DNA from: Candidatus Woesearchaeota archaeon
GTDB taxonomy: Archaea > Nanobdellota > Nanobdellia > Pacearchaeales > GW2011-AR1
Length of the DNA: 64,000 bases
Assembly: GCA_964547875.1 (NCBI GenBank)
Contig: CAZJPE010000002.1
Coordinates: 42,130-106,129 of the forward strand
Direction: 5' to 3'
A model generated the notes under the pieces. That model had not been told where the DNA came from. It did not search any database and saw only the letters and a program-made list of their open reading frames with translations. This document shows, piece after piece, positions 58,146 through 64,000 of this stretch (positions are counted from its first letter, which is position 1; the number at the start of each line of letters is the position of its first letter). A program made the position numbers and the translations under genes.

Positions 58146-58462
58146 AGGGAGATGTTGTTGTTTTAGACTTTCCATATACAGATTTATCAAAAACTAAAAA
58201 GAGACCAAGTCTTATTGTTGCTAATTTGAAAGGAGATAATATTATTCTTTGTCAAATTACTGGGCAACCAAGACCTGACCCTGATTTGATTAATCTGAAA
58301 AAAGAAGATTTCCAGACTGGTGGTTTGCATAGAGAGAGTTTTATAATGTCCTCTTTTTTATTTACGATTCACAAGTCAAAAATCAATTATGCGGCTGGAA
58401 AAATCAAGCAAGAAAAAATAGAAGAAGTTGAAAAGAAACTTTGTGAGATTTTTACAAGATAA
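58130..58462 (+). CDS. mazF: MazF/PemK-family endoribonuclease toxin
   Basis: KGDVVVLDFPYTDLSKTKKRPSLIV, ILCQIT motifs; overlaps the antitoxin gene. Confidence 0.9.
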   Translation: MERLVKGDVVVLDFPYTDLSKTKKRPSLIVANLKGDNIILCQITGQPRPDPDLINLKKEDFQTGGLHRESFIMSSFLFTIHKSKINYAAGKIKQEKIEEVEKKLCEIFTR

Positions 58463-58534
58463 GTTTCTTGCTGAAAGCGAAACTATTTGTGGCGTCAGCC
58501 ACTTGCGAGCCGACCCATATTTATCCTTGTAGGT

Positions 58535-58562
58535 ATTTCACTTAACTATGGTTAAGAATAAA
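58535..58562. other. dif-like tyrosine-recombinase core site (11-6-11)
   Basis: ATTTCACTTAA-CTATGG-TTAAGAATAAA: imperfect inverted arms with the TAA-N6-TTA core typical of Xer sites. Confidence 0.45.
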
Positions 58563-58634
58563 AGGATAAAAAGAAAATGGCATTGATTATTTTGGTTAAT
58601 ATTATTAATAATCTTAATTTATGTTTTATATAAA

Positions 58635-58952
58635 TTACTTCAATAAAAATCTCTTCTTCCAATCAAATACGGTTTTTCTTGTTATTTTGACCTTAAAAGT
58701 ATGATTTAGATAAAGGGTTATATTGCCAAGACTGGTTTTCTTTTTCAATAACTCGAGAGCTGTTTTAATCATTGCTGGCGGATAACGGAATTTTTTAAAC
58801 ATTCCGGGAGTAAATCTTCTTTTACATTTCCTGCATTTATATATTTGTTTTATGGAATTAAGGTTTTTTCTTAGCTGTATAACATAAGTATCATTAGAGG
58901 CACAATAAAGGCAAGACATTAGATATTCTGATTGAATAGATAAATCTTTCAT
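58635..58952 (-). CDS. IS1 InsA-like zinc ribbon plus HTH protein (transposase-related, no catalytic domain)
   Basis: CLYC...QIYKCRKCKRRF, RYP, TRKTVFDWKKR motifs. Confidence 0.7.
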   Translation of the reverse strand: MKDLSIQSEYLMSCLYCASNDTYVIQLRKNLNSIKQIYKCRKCKRRFTPGMFKKFRYPPAMIKTALELLKKKTSLGNITLYLNHTFKVKITRKTVFDWKKRFLLK

Positions 58953-59036
58953 TATAATGAAAGACGAGAATTTTATTTAAATTTATCGTTAACTAAACAA
59001 AAATTTAAATAGTGTCCTCTTTTATTAATAAAAAAG

Positions 59037-60680
59037 ATGGATTATAAAGTGTGTATTTTGGCTGCGGGAAAAAATACAAATGTTAGTTATGCGAGAGATT
59101 TTCATATAAGTTTATTGCCTGTAGGGACAAAATCAGCATTAACTAGGATTATTGAAAAGTTCCCTTTAAATGTAGAGATAATAATTGCTGTGGGATATAA
59201 TAGCCATTTGATAAAAGATTTCAGTGATATAACTTTTTCTAATAGGAAGATTAGAATTGTAGAAATTGATAATTATTCAGGGCCCGGTAGTGGACCTGGG
59301 AGAACACTTTTAGCATGTAAGTCACATCTAAACTGCCCATTTATATTCACTGCCGCCGACACGATAGTAGGAGATGAAATTCCAATCCCTAATAAAAACT
59401 GGATTGGTATATCGCATGTTTCTGATTCAACGAATTATTGTGTCGCTGAAGTAGAAAATAGTAATGTAACAAAGTTCTATGATAAAATGGAAACTTCTAT
59501 CTTATTAAAAGCATGTAAAAACTACAGAACAATTTTAAACAACGCTTTTATTGGCATTGCTGGCGTTCTTGATTATAATGTTTTCTGGAAAGAGATTGAG
59601 AGAGACCAGCATCTCATAAAAAAAGAGCTGCAAGTTTCTAATGGCCTTGCAGGGTTAATTCCGCATAAGCTTGAGGCAATATCATTCTTTAATTGGTTTG
59701 ATATAGGAAATGAGACAGGATATAATTTTGCGAACAGATTCTTTGAGAAAAACAAGATTATAGCAAAACCAGAAGAATTTATTTATTTTGAGGATAGAAA
59801 AGTAATAAAATATTTTTCAGATAAGGAGATAGTAAGGGAGAGAATAAATAGGGCATCAAAATTAAAAAATATTGTTCCCGAGATTATTCAATCCAAGGAT
59901 AATTTTTACGCTTATGATTTTGTCGAAGGAGAGACACTGGCAAAAATTAATGATATAAGCATATTCAAACAATTCTTAGATTTCTGCAAAGAAACAATAT
60001 GGAAAAGAGCAAACTTAAACGCAGAAGAGATGTCAGATTTCAAGAGCCTGTGCATTAACTTTTATAGACATAAGACCTTAGAGAGAATTCAAAAGTTTTT
60101 CAGGGAAAGCGATATTAAGGATAAAGAGGAAATAATTAACGGAGAGAAAGTCCTGACATTGGGAGAAATGCTAAGAGAGATAGACTGGAAAAAAATTTCA
60201 GAAGGCGTACCTGTTGTCTTTCACGGGGATTTACAGCCTGAAAATATAATTGTCTGTGATAAAGGATTCCAATTAATTGACTGGAGGCACAGCTTTGCAG
60301 GCAATGTAGACTATGGGGATATTTATTACGATTTTGCAAAGTTGCATCATGCTCTTATTGTTACCCATGAAATTATAAGAAATAATCAATTTGAAATAAA
60401 AAGAGATAAGAATTACGTGAATTATGATTTTTTGAGAAAAAACAATTTGATGGAATACAAAGACGTTCTTGAGAATTTTATAGAAAAAGAAGGATATGAC
60501 TTAAAAAGATTGAATATATTGACTTCATTGATATACTTAAATATTGCGCCCCTGCACCATTACCCATACAACGAGTTTCTTTATTATCTTGGCAAATATT
60601 CTTTGTTTAAGGAGATGAATAACAATAATCCTTATATAATAAAAAATCAGCAATTAACAGTTAAGATTCAGGACAGATAA
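59037..60680 (+). CDS. Fusion of an NTP-transferase (LicC-like) and a choline/aminoglycoside-kinase-like phosphotransferase
   Basis: ILAAG, GSGPG, WFDIG in the N-domain; HGDLQPENI, LIDWR, GDIYYDFAK in the C-domain. Confidence 0.88.
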   Translation: MDYKVCILAAGKNTNVSYARDFHISLLPVGTKSALTRIIEKFPLNVEIIIAVGYNSHLIKDFSDITFSNRKIRIVEIDNYSGPGSGPGRTLLACKSHLNCPFIFTAADTIVGDEIPIPNKNWIGISHVSDSTNYCVAEVENSNVTKFYDKMETSILLKACKNYRTILNNAFIGIAGVLDYNVFWKEIERDQHLIKKELQVSNGLAGLIPHKLEAISFFNWFDIGNETGYNFANRFFEKNKIIAKPEEFIYFEDRKVIKYFSDKEIVRERINRASKLKNIVPEIIQSKDNFYAYDFVEGETLAKINDISIFKQFLDFCKETIWKRANLNAEEMSDFKSLCINFYRHKTLERIQKFFRESDIKDKEEIINGEKVLTLGEMLREIDWKKISEGVPVVFHGDLQPENIIVCDKGFQLIDWRHSFAGNVDYGDIYYDFAKLHHALIVTHEIIRNNQFEIKRDKNYVNYDFLRKNNLMEYKDVLENFIEKEGYDLKRLNILTSLIYLNIAPLHHYPYNEFLYYLGKYSLFKEMNNNNPYIIKNQQLTVKIQDR

Positions 60681-60681
60681 A

Positions 60682-61365
60682 ATGGCAATAGATAATGAAA
60701 GGCTATATGAGATGGCAGAATATGGCTTATTAAAGTTATATCTTCGAGAGAAGGAATCTGCATTAAAACATTTTCCTATTCATGAGGTTATGCAGGCGAC
60801 AGATATGATATGGGAAACTTATAAAAAAGGTGGAACAGTTTACGCCTGCGGAAATGGTGGCAATGCTGCTTCTGTCGGCAATCTAATTACAGATCTGGCT
60901 AATCACTTATTTGTTACAGATGACAAATCAAAACCTCTTCCAGAAAATATTCAGAGATTAAGGACTGTTGATTTATGCTCTTCTGGAGCAGCTCTTACTG
61001 CTTATTTAAATGACTTTGGAAAAGAATACGTGTTTTCACAACAACTTATCTGCAATAGGGTTGCAGAGGGAGATACTTTGTTTGGCTTTAGCGGAAGCGG
61101 AACATCAGGAAATATAAGAAAAGCATGTGAGATTGCAAAAAAACACGGCGCTAAAACAATTTTAGTGACGAGAAATAGGAATGCTGTATTGGAAGAACTT
61201 ATTGACTTAAGCATTGTTTTTGAGGGACATTCGCAATTTCCAGGACAAATAGGAAGCAATGACTTTAATTTCCATTATGAAGATCTTGGCTTTGCCATGG
61301 CTCACATGATTACAGGGCTATTGAGAAAGAGGATTTATGACGAACATAATAGAATCAAATCTTGA
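60682..61365 (+). CDS. gmhA: SIS-domain phosphoheptose isomerase (GmhA-like)
   Basis: ACGNGGNAA, LTAYLND.G...VFSQQL, GD.L.GFSGSGTS.NI motifs. Confidence 0.8.
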   Translation: MAIDNERLYEMAEYGLLKLYLREKESALKHFPIHEVMQATDMIWETYKKGGTVYACGNGGNAASVGNLITDLANHLFVTDDKSKPLPENIQRLRTVDLCSSGAALTAYLNDFGKEYVFSQQLICNRVAEGDTLFGFSGSGTSGNIRKACEIAKKHGAKTILVTRNRNAVLEELIDLSIVFEGHSQFPGQIGSNDFNFHYEDLGFAMAHMITGLLRKRIYDEHNRIKS

Positions 61366-63133
61366 AGAAAAAGCAAGAGAGATAAGAAAAAGCCTGATAA
61401 CTGCGCTATATCACGCAGATTCAGGACATCCTGGATCTTCTCTATCATGGACAGACATAGCTGCTAGCTTATTTTTTAATGAGATAAATCTTGAAAAAGG
61501 GGATAGATTTATGCTATCCAAAGGACATGCAGTTCCAACTTTATACGCAATATTATGCATGAAAGGTTATGCAGATGAAAAGAGATTTGAAAAAGAACTA
61601 AGAAAGATTGGCAGTCCTTTTCAAGGGCATCCTGTAGCAGGCACTCTCCCGCATATTTATGCAAGCACAGGCTCATTAGGACAGGGCTTATCATTTGCCC
61701 TTGGCATGGCTGAAGCAAAGAAATTATCAAAACAAAATGAAAGAGTTTATGTTTTGCTTGGAGATGGAGAGCTTCAAGAGGGGCAGAATTGGGAGGCATT
61801 TCGATATGGCTGCAACAGGAAGATGGATAATTTAATTGCTATTATAGACAAGAATGGCTATCAGAATGATGCTGCTGTTGACGAAACTATGCCCTTAGGC
61901 AATTTAGAGCGACAATTAGAGAGCTTTGGCTGGAATGTGATAAAGGTAGATGGGCATAACTTTAACGAACTAAGGCAGGCTTATGCTAATGCAAAAAAGA
62001 TATTGGGAAAGCCAACAGCAATTATTGCAGAAACTGTGAAGGGAAAAGGAGTTAGGCATATAGAATCAAACAGGAAAAAACATAATGGGGCCATGACTGG
62101 AGAGGAATATGTAAACGCCATGCTTGATCTGGGAGTTAAGATTAAAGAACCGCCAATTAAATTCCAAGCTAAAAACAGCATAAACAACGAGCCTGCTTCT
62201 GGGATAAGAGATGCTTTTGGCGAGGCGTTAGCTGAAGCGGGAAAAGAATATGGCCGCCTAGTGGTTGTTGACTGCGATTTAGGAAGCGCTACAAAAACCC
62301 TTAAATTTAAGGAAAAGTTTCCTGAGAGATTTTTTCAAGTCGGAATTGCAGAGCAGCATGGAGTTAGTCTAGCAGCGGGATTGGCAAAGGAGGGCTATCG
62401 CCCTTTTATCTCAAGCTTTGGTGCATTTTTAACGCAGAGAGCAAAGGATCAAATAATGAATTCTGTCGCCTACAGCAATGCGGGCGTTGTGCTTGTTGGA
62501 AGCCATAGTGGATTAGCAATAGGAAAAGACGGAGCTACGCAAATGGGAATAGACGACATTAATGCCATGATGGCGATACCAAATATGGAAATTTATTCTC
62601 CAGCGAGCGCCGTAGAAATCAAGCAAGTTGTTAATTATCTTGTAAATGGAAATCAATTCGCATATCTAAGAACATCACGCAGACCTGTGCCCAATATACA
62701 CGACAATAACTACTCTTTTAATCCTGAAAGAGTAGATGTTATAAAAGACTGCGGGCGGGAAAATGGAATAAGCATAATGGCGACAGGCGACATGGTTTAT
62801 TATGCCCTCCAGGCTGCCAAAGAGCTGGAAAAAGAGATACCTTTAGATGTAATTAATTTTTGCAGATTAAAGCCAATTGACAGAGAGAGCGTAATTTCCT
62901 ACGCAAGAAGAAGAGCAGGGATAATTACATTGGAAGATCATAGCATTATCGGGGGGCTTGGCTCAAGAGTGTGCGAGATAATTGCAGAAGAGGGTCTTGG
63001 AAAGAGAGTTTTAAGGCAGGGATTGCGTGACTGCTTTGGGGAGAGCGGCGAGCCCGAAGATTTATATAAAAAACATAAGCTGGATATTGAAGGCATAAAA
63101 AATTCCATGAGAGAATTCTATTTAGAGACATAA
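61337..63133 (+). CDS. tkt: Transketolase (fused N- and C-terminal domains)
   Basis: SGHPGSSLS, DRFMLSKGH, FQGHP, TGSLGQG, GDGELQEG, GIAEQ, DGATQ, LEDHSIIGGLG motifs. Confidence 0.93.
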   Translation: MTNIIESNLEEKAREIRKSLITALYHADSGHPGSSLSWTDIAASLFFNEINLEKGDRFMLSKGHAVPTLYAILCMKGYADEKRFEKELRKIGSPFQGHPVAGTLPHIYASTGSLGQGLSFALGMAEAKKLSKQNERVYVLLGDGELQEGQNWEAFRYGCNRKMDNLIAIIDKNGYQNDAAVDETMPLGNLERQLESFGWNVIKVDGHNFNELRQAYANAKKILGKPTAIIAETVKGKGVRHIESNRKKHNGAMTGEEYVNAMLDLGVKIKEPPIKFQAKNSINNEPASGIRDAFGEALAEAGKEYGRLVVVDCDLGSATKTLKFKEKFPERFFQVGIAEQHGVSLAAGLAKEGYRPFISSFGAFLTQRAKDQIMNSVAYSNAGVVLVGSHSGLAIGKDGATQMGIDDINAMMAIPNMEIYSPASAVEIKQVVNYLVNGNQFAYLRTSRRPVPNIHDNNYSFNPERVDVIKDCGRENGISIMATGDMVYYALQAAKELEKEIPLDVINFCRLKPIDRESVISYARRRAGIITLEDHSIIGGLGSRVCEIIAEEGLGKRVLRQGLRDCFGESGEPEDLYKKHKLDIEGIKNSMREFYLET

Positions 63134-63318
63134 ATTAGATAATACTTGCCTAAATGATCTCCATGATAGCAAGTATTATTGTTTGAATTGTCTTTATTAG
63201 TAACTAATTTATCATTAGCGTAATAATATGTTTCGTTGAGAATTGTGCCGTTTGTGTTTCTTGTTTGGATGAAGTTGTCGTTTATGTAATAACTAATTTT
63301 ATTCATGTCTTTATTCAC
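63118..63318 (-). pseudogene. RHS repeat-associated core fragment
   Basis: ETYYYANDKLV...YHGDHLG matches the RHS YYHxDHLGS segment, then homology breaks off. Confidence 0.7.
63139..63179. repeat. 11-bp inverted repeat at the RHS breakpoint (possible terminator between convergent genes)
   Basis: ATAATACTTGC (63139-49) and GCAAGTATTAT (63169-79). Confidence 0.5.
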
Positions 63319-63340
63319 CCAATCCTTTTTATAAAATTAA

Positions 63341-63568
63341 TTAGGCTTTATACTTACTAGCATTAATTATAGTTAATCCAACAATATTATCGCCTCTTTT
63401 ATGGAGAATGGTGTTCCCATCCATTACACTATTATCTGCATTTTGAGGCCTTGCAAAACTAATATAAAGCACGTCCGCTTCTTTATCATAGTCTATCCAC
63501 ATTTGCTTCGCTATCTTTACAAATTGTGGTATTATCTTCTCTATATTACTTATTATTTTTTCTTCCAT
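63341..63568 (-). CDS. DUF2283-family protein (putative antitoxin)
   Basis: IDYDKEADVLYISF...IVGLTIINAS signature. Confidence 0.88.
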   Translation of the reverse strand: MEEKIISNIEKIIPQFVKIAKQMWIDYDKEADVLYISFARPQNADNSVMDGNTILHKRGDNIVGLTIINASKYKA

Positions 63569-63864
63569 ATTATTTTTCTATCTTTTCTTACTCTATCAAT
63601 TTCTGAAGTCAAAAAGGCCGTTATAACAAAGCCATCTTTATTAGGGATTTCCCTATAAATAACAACAATATGCTTATTATTAAATCTTTTTGTTGCTAAA
63701 AATTCGCCTTCATCACCCTCTATTATTTCTTCTGGCTCATTAATAGTTTCTAAAACACAATCGCTAAGTCCAGACATATAATCATGAGATTCTATTATGT
63801 GAAACCATCTTTCTTCAGTTAGTCTGATTTTAATCTTATTTTTAGAAATTGTAAAACCTATCAT
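63553..63864 (-). CDS. RelE/BECR-fold putative RNase toxin (partner of DUF2283)
   Basis: IRLTEERWFHIIESH...TINEPEEI...VVIY...GFVITAF pattern; overlaps the DUF2283 gene. Confidence 0.75.
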   Translation of the reverse strand: MIGFTISKNKIKIRLTEERWFHIIESHDYMSGLSDCVLETINEPEEIIEGDEGEFLATKRFNNKHIVVIYREIPNKDGFVITAFLTSEIDRVRKDRKIIWKKK

Positions 63865-63915
63865 TTTTTATGTTAAAAGCTAATAGCTAATAGTATCTAA
63901 ATGTTTTGTTTTTAT

Positions 63916-64000
63916 TTAAATCTCTCCAAAAGGTAAATAAAATTCTTCTTCTACTATATGCCCAGTCTGATTAGTAACTAAACTTGTTGAGCCTAAATGA
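63916..64000 (-). pseudogene. RHS core fragment (3' end of a truncated RHS ORF running off the window)
   Basis: Minus strand reads HLGSTSLVTNQTGHIVEEEFYLPFGEI*, the RHS DHLGS...YxPFGE motif, ending in a premature stop. Confidence 0.75.

Larger units (their letters stand above)
57174..58562. mobile_element. Putative non-autonomous recombinase-mobilised cassette carrying an AbrB-MazF module
   Basis: Bounded by an attC-like hairpin and a dif-like site; nested inverted repeats GTTAAGTGA/TCACTTAAC, GTGCCTGCAA/TTGTAGGTAT and ATGGGTCGGCTCGC/GCGAGCCGACCCAT; cargo unrelated to the flanking sugar genes. Confidence 0.55.

Noticed and set aside
42973..60680. O-methyl phosphoramidate or phosphonate pathway suggested by LicC-like transferases, kinases and methyltransferases
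   Set aside because: No PEP-utilising glutamine kinase (Cj1418-like) and no PEP mutase recognised in the window
691..63658. Many short antisense or overlapping ORFs in the track (e.g. 691-963, 20197-20484, 22834-23226, 34608-35060, 45463-45837, 63401-63658)
   Set aside because: They lie opposite or inside well-supported genes and show no family motifs, so they are treated as shadow ORFs
1..64000. tRNA or rRNA genes
   Set aside because: No GC-rich cloverleaf or rRNA-like stretch seen; intergenic gaps are short and AT-rich apart from the hairpins reported

Overview
AT-rich archaeal DNA, most likely from a DPANN-type organism (Pacearchaeota/Woesearchaeota-like). This placement is inferred from prefoldin-alpha, AglB, TATA boxes 29 nt before start codons and DPANN-style small genes. 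Almost the whole window is one ~62 kb surface-glycosylation supercluster anchored on aglB, an aglH-like GlcNAc-1-P transferase and a flippase. It holds about 12 further glycosyltransferases (3 GT-C fold, 1 GT9) and an apparently complete GDP-heptose route (transketolase, GmhA, an HddC-CBS-HddA fusion, GmhB, dehydratase, cupins, reductases). It also has an unusually rich tailoring set: three B12-binding radical SAM enzymes, a HemN-like radical SAM with altered substrate motifs, a PhyH dioxygenase, a stand-alone TPP E1 alpha/beta pair, an SdhL-type shikimate dehydrogenase, and methyltransferase/kinase pairs. The most striking non-coding structure is a ~1.4 kb segment (57174-58562) carrying an AbrB-MazF module. 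It starts with an attC-like hairpin, ends in a dif-like 11-6-11 site, and its two ends pair through three nested inverted repeats, suggesting a non-autonomous cassette moved by a tyrosine recombinase. Other oddities are a half-length aIF5A-like gene sharing one bidirectional TATA box with queC, and RHS-core fragments flanking a second toxin-antitoxin pair at the right edge. No rRNA, tRNA or CRISPR array was recognised. All functional calls rest on motif recognition by eye, not database searches.
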